Part shown: positions 9,666 through 21,803 of the stretch, piece after piece
How positions within the stretch are numbered: position 1 is the first letter of the stretch
How the letters are laid out: each line of letters starts with the position of its first letter
Origin: Paraphysomonas bandaiensis
Lineage: Eukaryota; Protista; Chrysophyceae
Direction of reading: 5' to 3'
Assembly (NCBI GenBank): GCA_965644295.1
Contig: CBFFRP010000329.1
Location: 1 to 64,000, forward strand
Length of the DNA: 64,000 bases
The notes under the pieces: generated by a model
Seen by the model: only the letters and a program-made list of their open reading frames with translations
Told to the model about the DNA's origin: nothing
The model's database searches: none
Translations under genes and position numbers: made by a program

Positions 9666-12124
9666 AGCCCATCTTTCGCATCAGTCTTCTGTAGCAATGG
9701 TGTCATATCGTCTCTTCCACTGCTATTATCACACGTCTTTGCTGCATTGTTCATTGCGTCTATTATGAGCTGTGTTGTTCGCATCTTTACCCAGTTAGTT
9801 CTTCTAATTCTCTTCTGTGTCTTGATATTGAAGAATACCCAACTACCGTTAGCATTGCCAGTAGGATACAATGCTATGCATGGCTCCGTACGATCCTGCT
9901 CGGCATTATTACTCCTCACCTTAGGATTGTAGCACTCCACGTAGTCTCCGAATGCCATATCTAGTTCCTTTCTGTAGTTCGGCTTTCTCCCAGTGAAAGC
10001 TACTCGTGGAGCGACGATGGAATGACTTGTCGATGGTCTTCTCAGATTCATGCGACTGTTGGCATATTTCACTAAGTCTTCCACGTTCGCATTAGGCAAT
10101 TTCCACGGTAGACCTGCATTCACACTTCTTATGATCTCCTTCAGCCTTCTTATCTTGCTATCGACCCTATCCATATGATCTCCAGCACCGCTGATGTCTA
10201 TCTCCACCCCTGTAATCTTTCCTCGCAGTGGTTGAAATCCCGGCTGTGGATCCAGGTATGCTATCTTCGGTGTAAATCCATGGCTGCGCAATAGACTCAC
10301 TTGCTCTTGCAGAGCTAGTCCAAGATCGTCTGTTCTCTCACTCGGTAGCGCCGCCACCAAAGTTAGTCCAAGAGGCTCCGACAATGTGATCATGAAAGGT
10401 TGCTTCCTCACATAGAATAAGTCCGTATATAACCGCTGACTCTTTTGCTGCGACGCCTTCAATTCAATATCCACGTGCTGTCTGCGTACCTTCTTTTTGG
10501 TGTGTTTTCCTCTGATAGCCTCACACGGTTTGCCTTATATATCGAACGACCTTCTGATATCATTTGCAGTCAGCTGCACCCCTGTGATGTTGCCGTCACT
10601 CACGAGGTTTATCGCGTCTTGTTCTGAGTCAAAACCAGAATTGCGTATTAGTTCTCGAGCTTCTCTCGCCCTAGCAACTTCGCCTCTTGTGTATTTTTGT
10701 TCTTCCATGCTTGTTGTTGTAACATTAACATTGCCTTCTGCCCAGTCTCTCATATCAGCTACATACATTTTGTTCCGCCTTCTGAACACTAGTTCTTTGT
10801 TTTGTAGATACACAGTGTACGATACACCCGGTTCATAAGCCACTGGATACATATCTTCCACATCGGCCTGGCATAATACACTCACACTTAGGTCTTCAGC
10901 CGTCTTACACGTGAAGAAATGATCCAGCTCTCCCACGTCCGGTAGTTCTACGGCGTGTCCAGATAGACCGGCTACCGTGCACTTTCTGCTTGCTGGCCTC
11001 ACGTCCTTCAGCAACCACGGGTGTACAACTGATACGTCCGCCTGGTTGTCTAGAAGCACCTCGTACCACTCAAAACGCTCACCGCTCGATGCATATGCGT
11101 TCATTGTTGTGACCGAGCACTGTTTTTCCTCCGGCTCTACATTATCGGGACAATCACTCAGTTTGTGTCCGGGCTCTCCACAACCCCAGCACACCACGGG
11201 TTTCCTCGGCCTATTACCGCGACGTCTCGGCTCCTGGTCATCATTGGCCTTCTGTTTTCTGTCCATTTCACTCGCACGCCTTTGCTTGGTGGATTGTTCC
11301 TTCTGGCTGACAAATGCTACTCCACCATTCGATTTTGCTCCTCTCCTCGGGGTAAGATACTTCGATGCTTTAGTGTAGATATCGTTGACGTGCTCAGGTG
11401 GCTTCTGCGTGCCCATCATCAGATCATTTAGATAATTTGTCTTGAATTCCCCATAACGGGCATCATCCAATCCCCTAAAGAAATCCATGGCTATGTCCTC
11501 ATCATCCAGTCTCGGATTGTCGGCGTCATTGTACGCATCTAATAGGAAATCGAATCTCTCCTTGTAGCCCACTATGCTCTCGAAGGGACCTTGTTTTGCG
11601 TCTTGATATTTCTTCCTAGTCTCTGCACGGACGACCGCTTCGACATTTGAGCTCGTTGCTGACTTATGAGTCTCCTTTACAGCCAACCACAGCAGCAGAG
11701 GGTCCTTGGTCGAGTTGATTTTGTCGTATTCTGGTGTGAGCTTTATTGCGTCAATTGATTCATTGCTCAGATGATTGTAGATGAATGCATAGAAAGCAGT
11801 CCGATTCGCCTTCATTTCATTAATCAATTTCGCCCTTGCCTTCCTGGCATCCTTCATATCTTCAGCGTTAAATCCGTGGGGGTCGTTTTTTAAGTTATAT
11901 TCTGCAGGGTTTACACGCGGCGGTTCATAGTACTTGTCCAGTTCGATTAGCCTTGCCAGGTCTCCATATCTCTCCATTCCCTCGGCCACAAGCTTCTGCT
12001 TGAACGTCGCCAAGTTGGTATTGGCACCATATTTCAGTATTGGCACAGACGTGGACGCACTGTTGCTCGCCGAACCCCTAGCCCTTTGTTCAAATCGCTT
12101 CTGAAACTTCTTGTTGGATCTCAT
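9666..12124 (-). pseudogene. Copia gag-pol with an in-frame nonsense codon at 10535-10537, truncated after integrase
   Basis: ORFs 10535-12124 and 9641-10474 share a frame; ...FDI*GKPCEAIRGK looks like DIYGKP with TAY>TAA. Confidence 0.85.
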
Positions 12125-12491
12125 TCTAATTTCTTGTCACGAAGAGAAAAAATGTACGGATCACTCTACTGTCGTCAGTACTACAGGCTGGCAATGACAC
12201 GGATCCAATACTCCCGTTGTTCTTTATCGGTCTACACTACAGGTAGGCAAAGAAACAAGTCTCTTGACAGATACTACAGAAATTGTTAGTGACAAGAAAT
12301 TATGAGACTCCCCTACAGTCATAATACTGTTCTCGTGTACTCATTCATATTTCGGTGTACATTCTAGACCGTATCCTACAGAGCTACAAAAATGCACTAA
12401 ACTGAAAAATACAGCCGTCAGGGGAACAAAAATAACGACACTCTTGTCACTCGCACTTTCTCGTACCAACGTATCACTTTGCTCTTCGACA
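9666..12491 (-). mobile_element. 5' part of Ty1/copia-like element C (LTR ~12328-12491, gag-PR-INT), interrupted by element B
   Basis: Gag knuckle CWGCGEPGHKLSDC; protease LLDNQAD; integrase directly after PR (LYTDLFY, YLDPQ; third catalytic residue not evident), i.e. copia order; minus-strand LTR TGTCGAAG...GAGAACA. Confidence 0.88.
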
Positions 12492-12619
12492 TACATACAT
12501 ACATACATACATACATACATACATACATACATACATACATACATACATACATACATACATACATACATACATACATACATACATACATACATACATACAT
12601 ACATACATACATACATACA

Positions 12620-12648
<29 letters not shown>
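12492..12648. repeat. (TACA)n microsatellite, about 39 units
   Basis: Direct reading. Confidence 0.99.
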
Positions 12649-12651
<3 letters not shown>

Positions 12652-14540
12652 CAGCGGAATATGGACACCGCAAGTTGGACGTACAGTACTCTGTACATAT
12701 AGCTACGGTATACCGCATACACCGCATCAATCAAGTGTTTGAGTGTATCTGCAGTATCTTCCCGTCATTCCTCGTAATATATAGTGACAGCAATCACATC
12801 GGAAACACATCGAGCAGTGAACCACACAGAGGTAGATGTGTACAGATATTTGCTCAGAGACGTATCTTTGTGTGAGCTCACTGCACTGGTATATCCATAC
12901 TGGTATCCACTCCTGTGCATGCATCTGGTATAGATGGTCGCACATGTGAGGTTCATTGTTACTGTGTGTAGTTCGCCACATCTTCAGGAGTTGCGTTAAT
13001 GTTTATACAGTTGCTGCTACTGGACTTTATATTCATGGAACACCACATGCTTGAGCTGGATGTGCTGGAAACTGTCCTCAGTGTTCATATCTCTAGGTGC
13101 TAGTGCTGGTGAGAACTAAGTCCACCAGTTACGGAGAACTTCTTATAGCCTAGTGCGTTTTGAAATCTTTAATGTAGGTGTTGTGTATACTCTTATCATG
13201 CTGTGCCTTGTCATGAACCTCACTGATTGGGACCAATCAGGTGAGGACCAACATACCAAATAGGCGACAAAAGTATATGGATGTAATTCGTTTCTCCATG
13301 GTCGTGTATTGGGATATATCATATTGTTTCACAGTTTAGAGTATTTACGAGAGGTTTTTGCGATCTACAGTCAAGAATTGCATAGGATTTCGTCATTTCA
13401 ATCTGTAAATTGTCAGAAACAGTTTCACGGGAAGTTTAAATTTATCAGAATACGCTTCGTATATGATTTGTGAGGGTTTTATCTGCATGGGTTATATTGC
13501 TTACAATAATCGTTGTATCGTACCCGCACAAGTTTCTCTTTCAGCGAAATTGTTTTTGTGTGGTCCATATTAGTAGCACTATATCAAACCACTCCTTGTG
13601 GTGTATACACTTATTGGTGTGACTAAATGAAACTTTTAAGTTGGTGTGTGTCAGCTCCATCTTACATGTTACGAAATGCATTTGAAGTATTGCATAAAGT
13701 TAAGCTTATAATTAACCTCGTTGGTGAAAATGTGTGATTGGGTGTTGTGATTGAGTGTTGGAATTTAAAGTGCTATTATAAGTAACAATATCATGGGATT
13801 TTTTTATAGTTGAAATGAAATCATACCAACTAATTATTGGGATGCAGTCGAATGGTTGAATTTTTTCGTCTCACTCACTTTGGTGTCATTACCTTGCCAA
13901 GTGTATGAAAATGCCGGCATAAACTATTTAAGTTTTTGAGTTCAATATTGACTTACTTGAACGGCGTGTTATAAATGACATAACTGAACTGTACTTTCAA
14001 TCAATGCTGAGATTATAAAGTAGAGACTTATAGTATCATTTTATAAACTTATAATCAATATCACTTGTCCTTCACCGTCAATCGCCGATTTCACGTTATC
14101 TCAACGCACGTCTCAACTACCAATTTTATCCATAGATATATCACGATCTTATACGGTCAATATATTTCAGTTTCACAACTACTGAACACGGCGGACTCCT
14201 GCACTTGTCGATATCTCTTTTCATTCTACTATTCTTGTAGAAAAGCATAATTTTGATTGACTGTTAAACTAAATACTGACTAGTTTGAGTAATTTATTAT
14301 TATATTTTGTGATAATAATTCAACCATACTGACTATGTTTAATAATATACCTCTTAAACTGAAATCTAGTGACTGTCTAATATCTTGTCCCTTCAAGTTT
14401 GTATAAGATTGATTAGCTCAAACGTAATGAGCTAATGTAACAGAATTAATATGGAGGATTAATGGGATTTGTCACATAATTGTTAATAGCTTTCTGCATT
14501 GAAATAGGCTATGAGACTCTAAATAATGTCGACTTGTACA

Positions 14541-14900
14541 TTTCGGTGTTCTGGGTTCTGGGGGGTAGGTACCGCAGAGATTTCTCCAGGAAAATAACGT
14601 GAGCCGCATGTATAGTCAGCAGATAATTTTCTACCCTATCATAGCCAAATGCTTGTGTGGTACAAGGGACACAAATACGTGTCACTTGTGTAGGCGCCTT
14701 TGGGCCCTGACATGTAAAAAGGCATCCGGGAATAGGCCTACCTCAAGGACAGCCGGGGTATTTTGGGCTGCCTGCTGAAGCCAAGCATCCGGGATGTTCA
14801 CCTTAAGGACAGAGAGCGAAAGTGATTGCACCTTGGTGCTCACGGTAACGCACAAGCACCTTTCGTAGCGTTAAATATTAGGATATTATCAGAGTTAAGC
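14541..14900 (+). repeat. Dispersed structured repeat family R1, copy 1
   Basis: Shares TGTTCTGGG..., TACAAGGGAC, GGCATCC, CTGCCTGCTGAAG and GCACCTTGGTGCT...CGCACAAGC blocks with the 26125 and 36527 copies. Confidence 0.85.
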
Positions 14901-14931
14901 ACTAGTTAGTTAAATTGTTTTGCTACATTAG

Positions 14932-15190
14932 TTCTTTGGGCATTGGAGGACAAACAGGCATCCAGGAATGGGCCCACCTGAAGGGCATGGGGTATTGGCC
15001 TGCATGATGAAGTCAAGCATCTATACTGTTTACCTTAAGGACTCAAAAATCCTAAAGTCAGCTGATGTCAAGCATATATCAACATTCTGCTTGCTCACTG
15101 TGTTTTCGTTGAGTGATAGAGCGAAAGTAGTTGCACCTTGGTGCTTGCGGTGACGCACAAGCACCTTCGTAGTGTTGGAATTGGACATTC
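14932..15190 (+). repeat. R1 partial tandem copy
   Basis: AAACAGGCATCC...GAAGTCAAGCATC...GCACCTTGGTGCTTGCGGTGACGCACAAGC. Confidence 0.8.
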
Positions 15191-15261
15191 CACTGAAGTT
15201 AACTTTGCTCTACACGTAAACCCTAATCTTACTTGTTGAACATAATGCACCTTCAAGTAAG

Positions 15262-15712
15262 AAATTATAATTATTAATCTGAGTACTTCACTACATGAAA
15301 CATCTGTTCTCAGCAACATCTGTTTATCATATGGTCACCAGCAAGTCTTATATCTTATATATTGAATGTCTTTTTATTTAGCAATAGGCGTTAAAAACTC
15401 GTTCCGATATAGCGGCTAGTTGAATACTAGTCTACTAGTAAGCCTCTACCCATAACTAATCAGCACAAACTCTATTATCCTACTATTTAACGCTACAGAA
15501 GCTGCTTGTGCGTCGCCGCAAGCACCAAGGTGCAACCACTTCCGTCTTATATCTTATATAGTCACACATCAGTAACTCAATTTAATTCCTTTGTAGCTAT
15601 AGTCACCCGCTACACCTATGAGTTGACTTCATCTATTGCACACTAACTAACTAACTAACTAACTAACTCACTTCAATTGCACAATATATATCACATTATA
15701 TTGCAGAACTCA
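15262..15712. repeat. Dispersed repeat family R2, copy carrying an R1 insertion
   Basis: Colinear with 29339-29594 apart from the insert. Confidence 0.85.
15362..15543 (-). mobile_element. Short R1 3'-module insertion flanked by a 17-bp direct repeat
   Basis: Reverse complement of ~37945-38130; GTCTTATATCTTATATA at 15345-15361 and 15544-15560. Confidence 0.8.
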
Positions 15713-16242
15713 ACACGTAACGTTAACAATTAGGATATAAGAGTCAGTTCCTGACTCTTATACGTCTATTGCTAATAATAAGACATTCACTACATAGTAC
15801 ATAGGCTATGAGATAGTTTAAACAAACAGATATATCGTGACTATAGTAGATCGGAAAATATTGATGGTAATTGAGTTTATATAAATCTAGTGAATAGTAC
15901 AATATGAAAAGTAACGATACTGATTATAATTTTACTAATTGATTATTGAGGAAGTAAGTTTAACATTCAGTAACTTAAGTTTAAACCATCCTAATGTCAA
16001 TTATTGATAATGAGCTTCATATGAAACGGGCTTACTCTGAATACAATTATAGTGCTAGTTGTGTGTAGTGTGTAGTTTATTCTCAAGGAAGGTATGTATT
16101 GACAATAGAACTCAGATCTGAAGACTACTAACCAATAGATTTCAATAACATCGACACTTGGACTTTGTGTTAAAGAGGTAAAAAGGTATACCATTATACA
16201 CTGTGGGAAATATGCCACACCATAAACAATTTACAAATAATT

Positions 16243-17226
16243 TCATGTCGCGGATGTGTTGTAGCACATAGCGTCAGTGTGGCTTATCGAAGAAGCCATG
16301 TGCCATAACAAAGTGGAACAAAACAGTTGAGATTGAAATATCGCCTTCACTTCTTCAAGTACACTAGGACGCATTTTTTGTTTGGATTTGTTGCTTAATT
16401 TCGATGCCGAATGACTAGTCACAGCGCTTACGTCCAATGCAGCCTCGGTTCGCAGGAAGAAAACCTTGTAAAATTCCTCCAGTCGCTCCAGCACACCTAC
16501 TGCCGAGTATCTTCGTAGCAAAAGTACAGCTACGTTCAAGAAATCGACGCACCTGTATTGCTCGGGCATGGCAGCGGTGTAGCGTACATACAACTGCGCA
16601 CTTAAACCGTCTATCCACATTTTAACATTCTTTTTCTCGGTAGACATCTTCTGTACAACAAGCCACTGATCATACGAAGATATAGTGGACGTTATATTGG
16701 TGATGGTGGACACAAACTGCCTCAAAAATATTTGATTCATATGGTCCCATATGTCACTATCTTTGGCCCATTTTACTGGGTCCGTTTTAAAAGTTTTTAA
16801 CCATATCCGATTATTTTTTAAATGTGCCGGAATCTTTCTACGTCCATTAGCATAATTGTAAAAACTAACTGCGAGGTCGACAGGGTTACGAAACAAAGTG
16901 GCAAAAATAGGGTCACCGTTGGTGTTATTGAATGGGGTATCAAGGGCCACAAGGAAGTGTGTGTGACCATCATTACGATGTCTCCTCCTGTAGTGTTTGT
17001 TAAGTACAGAGAGGACATTACTTCCTCCCGCTTTCGGAATATGAGTGAATACAACGCGACGTTTAGCTAAGTTAGGGATACTATTAAATGAGCAGCGGCT
17101 GGAGAGTAAGCGAAGGAAGTTAGTGTGATTGAGATGAACATCTAAACAACTCTCTTTATCAGTGCATACACTTCCCACTACACTACCGCTAAAATACACC
17201 ACTACTAGAATTAATTGAAGGTGCAT
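16243..17226 (-). CDS. Golgi-type sulfotransferase (Sulfotransfer_2-like), single exon
   Basis: N-terminal hydrophobic segment; FTHIPKAGGSNV (5'-PSB); TLFRNPVDLAVSFYNY (3'-PB); VGVLERLEE. Confidence 0.88.
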   Translation of the reverse strand: MHLQLILVVVYFSGSVVGSVCTDKESCLDVHLNHTNFLRLLSSRCSFNSIPNLAKRRVVFTHIPKAGGSNVLSVLNKHYRRRHRNDGHTHFLVALDTPFNNTNGDPIFATLFRNPVDLAVSFYNYANGRRKIPAHLKNNRIWLKTFKTDPVKWAKDSDIWDHMNQIFLRQFVSTITNITSTISSYDQWLVVQKMSTEKKNVKMWIDGLSAQLYVRYTAAMPEQYRCVDFLNVAVLLLRRYSAVGVLERLEEFYKVFFLRTEAALDVSAVTSHSASKLSNKSKQKMRPSVLEEVKAIFQSQLFCSTLLWHMASSISHTDAMCYNTSAT

Positions 17227-17753
17227 TTGCACTCATCCAAGTTAGATTTCTTCGACACCTACAAGTATCTCGGCTACTTACAGTGGCAGATAGCCCCCTG
17301 CCTGGATCATACTGCTGTACTAGTACACCTTATTCAGCTCATACTACGAGTACACTGCTGCATGCTGCTGTCGTTATACTGCCGTAGTATTCCGTAGTAT
17401 TGGAGATATGTGTTTTTTGAAAGGTCTGGTATACACTGTATATACACTGTATTCTATCTTGTATTTTATATGTACAGAGAGTGTATATATTGTACTTGTT
17501 GTAGATAATTTTGGCTGTATAAACGCCAATTTTTTTCATTGTCAGCACTTTCTCATGAAGATTTTGGCCAAGATATAGACCGAATCTTGCGGAAATCTTC
17601 TCAGTGGACTAATTTATGCGGATAATTGTGCACAACTAAAGGCGAAAACCAGGGAGATATAGTCATAATTCCAGTTCTTCGAGTGGAAAAACAAGTTCAG
17701 TCAACAGTCCAACTTACTTACTTCTTCCTTGCGTTGTGAGTACACAGCAGTTT

Positions 17754-19038
17754 ATGTTCAGTGGTACACACCTCAATGAAATTCACGTCAGAGCAACACC
17801 CGTGCGCTCACTTTCAGTCGTCGCGACCCCAATTCCTGAAGAAGATGAGTATGACTCTGCGAGGACCTATATGAGGTCTCAGGGATGGCCTCTAGGGCTG
17901 CAGAATACTCTTATCCAGAGTCTTAATAAATTCCCCGTGAGGTTCGTTGTGGTCGACAACTCTGGTTCAATGCGAACGAATGACGGCCATCGTCTCGTTG
18001 ATACGACCAATGGACCCAGGTAGATAGCCTATGAATAATGTTATCTGTTCTAACAGCTGTGTAGATCTTTGGAGTGCAGCCGATGGACAGAGCTTTCTGA
18101 AACGCTGCGATTTCATGGAAACCTTGCCTACAGACTACACGCACACACGGAGTTCCTTTTTCTTAATGGTGTATCTTCAATAGTAATTGGAGATTCAGAT
18201 GATGCATCTTACGTGAGGACACTCGAGTCAGTTCTGGATGATGTGAGTTTAGCATTCTAATGTTGAACATAATGTAATGTGTAACAACTTAGGCACCTCG
18301 TGGCAAAACTCCTCTGTGCCGGCGAATAAGCGAAGTAGTGGAGAAGATTCAAGTAATGAAATCTTATCTACTGGCGAATAATCAGCGAGCTGTTGTGGTG
18401 GTCGCATCTGATGGCGAGGCCACTGATGGCAATCTAGCTGACGCTATGCGACCTCTACAGGTGTGTATTGAGAATTTTAAACTGTTAAGTTCTGAGACCA
18501 GACATTGTTGTAGAATTTGCCGGTGTGGGTGGTAGTTCGTCTGTGCACCGACGACGAAAACGTCGTGTCGTACTGGAACAATATCGACAGACAATTGGAG
18601 ATTGATATGGATGTTCTTGACGATCTATTTGGAGAGGCTGCGGAGGTCAAATCTGGTAACCAGTGGCTAACATATGGTCAACCACTCCACCGACTGAGAG
18701 AGTGGGGTGTTCATTTGAGGGAGCTAGATTTAATCGATCAGTGCTCGCTATCACTGCAAGATATGTGGACTGTATGTGCCACTCTGTAAGTACAGGAGCC
18801 TGTGTTTATTACTACCTGTGACCTACCTTTCAGGTTAGCATGTGATCTTCCTCATCCTGAGTTGCAGTGGGAAGAGTTTATTACCCAGCTTCGATCCGCC
18901 ATTGAGAGTGACAACGGCACATTTGATCCTATTAAGCGTCGCCATTCTCCTTGGGTTAAAGTGAATAAAGTGATCAAGACATATCGCCATATGAGAACTA
19001 CGAACTGGCTTCGACGAATTATGGCTTCCGTATTATGA
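17754..19038 (+). CDS. vWA-domain protein, 5 exons (start approximate)
   Basis: MIDAS motif [16 protein letters not shown]; GT-AG introns near 18020, 18243, 18461, 18786. Confidence 0.85.
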
Positions 19039-20443
19039 AATGAAATGTCCAATCAATGTGATATGTGACAGCCACATCATACGGCAAATGCATGTCAACA
19101 GGTTTACGACCGCTCTTATCGCAGCTATGCGAAATCATGATTTGATATGATTATTTTTTCTAATTGATTACGAATTTAAGGTTATGATTTACGATTGCTA
19201 TTTTTAAAAGTTCCAATTTATACCTGAACTTACTGATGCTCTATTATGCTTAATTAATATATTTTTCTTGAGGTACCAGATGACAATACGACGAATGCCG
19301 AGCATATTTTGTTTTCAGTTAGTCGCATATAAAAGTTAAAACACACATGTATAGTGCTGATCTAGCAAGGGCTTGATTAGCAACGCACTCTAAAAACCCG
19401 TCAAGGGTGGTCTAGTAATTATATAAGCGTTTCTTTTTTTTTAATCGACAGAATTACTACCACTACAGGAAACAACACTTGAACATTCCGCCGGGATAGA
19501 GAAGTTTCGTTACCGCCGTAGAAAAATAATCTGTGCTACTATAATCTAAATTCATGCTATCATTATACGAGGTCTCAGCGAAGTGAGAGGAACCAAATGG
19601 CAAATAAAATATTCCTTTGGATCTGTGGTATCATATTTTGATGAGACAGAATATTTCTAATCTGGTTCGTATATTCGCCCATATTCGAGGTAAAGCAAGC
19701 ACCAAAGTTTTGCTAGATCTTATCTTTAAATATAGTTTTTAGGCAGTGTCACTTTTGTCAATGAACTTATTGTGTCCACAACACTGCAGAGGGCTGACCT
19801 ATACATACTCAATTTCTATAGATCATCACCTTGGCGCCACTGACGTCATTCTTATATAGTACAGGAAATAAAAAATCCAGTCAAGTGGCGCAAACACTAT
19901 CAATACATGGGGTGGGTTGGGTTCCAACAAAGGAAGTTACATCATGCATTGCTAACCCAACGAGGACTACAAGCTCATTCGTGCAATGCTCCCTCGTCCA
20001 TGATAATGCCTACATTTTGTTGGCCGGTCATCGCACTGGTCATGTAAATAATCTTCGAGTACCTACACCATATCTGCATACTCTGCGTACCCATGTTGGG
20101 AGTTATTGGGAGTAACGGACCGCGCAGTGTATATGTGTGTATGGCCTATAGAGTGTATGGCTGCGGTGTAGCTTCATATGTACGCACAGATCATATACAG
20201 CAGTATGTCACGAAGTATGTACAGTATATGGCGTAGTACAGCCGAGTACTGTAGGAAAGTGCATACAGTGGTATGAGGATGGCGCATAGAGGCAGTGGCT
20301 GTATGGGCGATACAAGTTTCTATTTGATCACACTGTCCCACATACGGCCCTGCACTCGTTCACCAACACATAGTGGTTGTTCCTGAAGCCCTACTATACT
20401 TGAATTAGCACCTGTCGCTGAGGTTGGCAGCTATCTGTAGAGG

Positions 20444-21803
20444 ATGTTTAGACGACATGTAGTGAGGTCTGCAGGTGCTTTAATTGAGCTACATCCCTCT
20501 CATTTTATGTGTAGAAATGGATTGAGACTGCTATCCAATGACAGGAGACAGTTTTCCAGTAAAGCGACAGAGAGAATGAATCTCTTCACTGCTGTGAATG
20601 ATGCAATGAGGGTTGCAATGCAGACAGATGATTCGGCTGTAGTGTTTGGAGAGGATGTTGCTTTTGGTGGCGTGTTTAGGTGTACGGTTGGACTGAAGGA
20701 AGAGTTTGGGGCATCTAGAGTCTTTAATACGCCTCTATGCGAGCAAGGAATAGCCGGGTTCGCCATTGGTTACGCCTCAATGGGAAAAACGGCTATTGCA
20801 GAGATACAATTTGCCGATTATATATTTCCAGCCTTTGACCAAATAGTTAATGAAGCAGCAAAATTCCGGTACCGATCAGGAAATCAATTTGACTGTGGGA
20901 AGCTTACTTTCCGTGCGCCATGCGGTGCGGTGGGACACGGTGCGCACTACCACTCGCAGTCACCCGAGGCATACTTTACACATACACCGGGCCTGAAGGT
21001 AATTCCCATAAACAAGTAACTCAGCGATCAATGCTCTGTAGTTTGTGTGAAATTATGTTTCTAACTTTCGGTGAGCCAGGTTGTTATGCCAAGTGGACCT
21101 GCTGATGCCAAGGGCCTGTTGTTGGCATCTATCAGAGACCCTAACCCCGTGGTGTTCTTCGAACCGAAGGCTCTCTATCGTGCAGCTGTTGAGGATGTGA
21201 GTATTTCCTTCCTGTCCTGTCTTCTTGTAACACATACTTTTGTTGTACATCGAATAACACGATATGATTAATAGGTACCCACTGGGGATTATGTTGTTCC
21301 GCTGGGCGTGGCCAAGACAGTCCGTACGGGCACTGATATCACTCTTGTCGGGTGGGGAGGCCAGGTTCATGTCCTCAACAAGGCGTGTGATATGGCGGAG
21401 AAGGCGGGCATTTCCTGTGAGCTTATTGATCTCCGCTCTCTGCTGCCATGGGACGTCGAAGCCGTCACATCATCTGTCATGAAGACAGGTCGGCTCATAG
21501 TCAGTCACGAGGCACCGGTATGCCATCGAGCATCGCATGTACACAAAAACTAATTCGCTTTATGCAGAGAACTAGTGGGTTTGCGGCGGAGATATCATCT
21601 ACCGTACAGGAAGAGTGCTTTCTATCCCTTGAGAGCCCTGTGGATCGGGTTTGCGGATACGACACACCTTTCCCTCTTGCTTTTGAGAAGGTTATTATTA
21701 TTGCTATCTGTTAGTTACAATGTCTAAGTTTGCGTTTGTGCAGCAATATGTACCAGATATGTACAAGGTCTTCGAAGCGATCAAGCGGTCCGTTAACTAC
21801 TAG
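20444..21803 (+). CDS. BCKDHB: Branched-chain 2-oxoacid dehydrogenase E1 beta subunit, mitochondrial, multi-exon
   Basis: [66 protein letters not shown]; transit peptide. Confidence 0.97.

Noticed and set aside
12341-12875. MYVC/HTYI repeat ORFs, also at 32240-34042
   Set aside because: Translations of stop-free tetranucleotide microsatellites
13000-14540. Possible decayed element or gene
   Set aside because: AT-rich, no ORF or motif that I could support
14772-14830. Hammerhead ribozyme in R1 (CTGCTGA...CGAAA)
   Set aside because: The core deviates from CUGANGA, GAAA is not conserved across copies, and no consistent stems I-III were found
19580-20115. Possible small minus-strand spliced gene divergent from BCKDHB
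   Set aside because: Splice-like signals are present, but I could not build a convincing ORF or recognise a product
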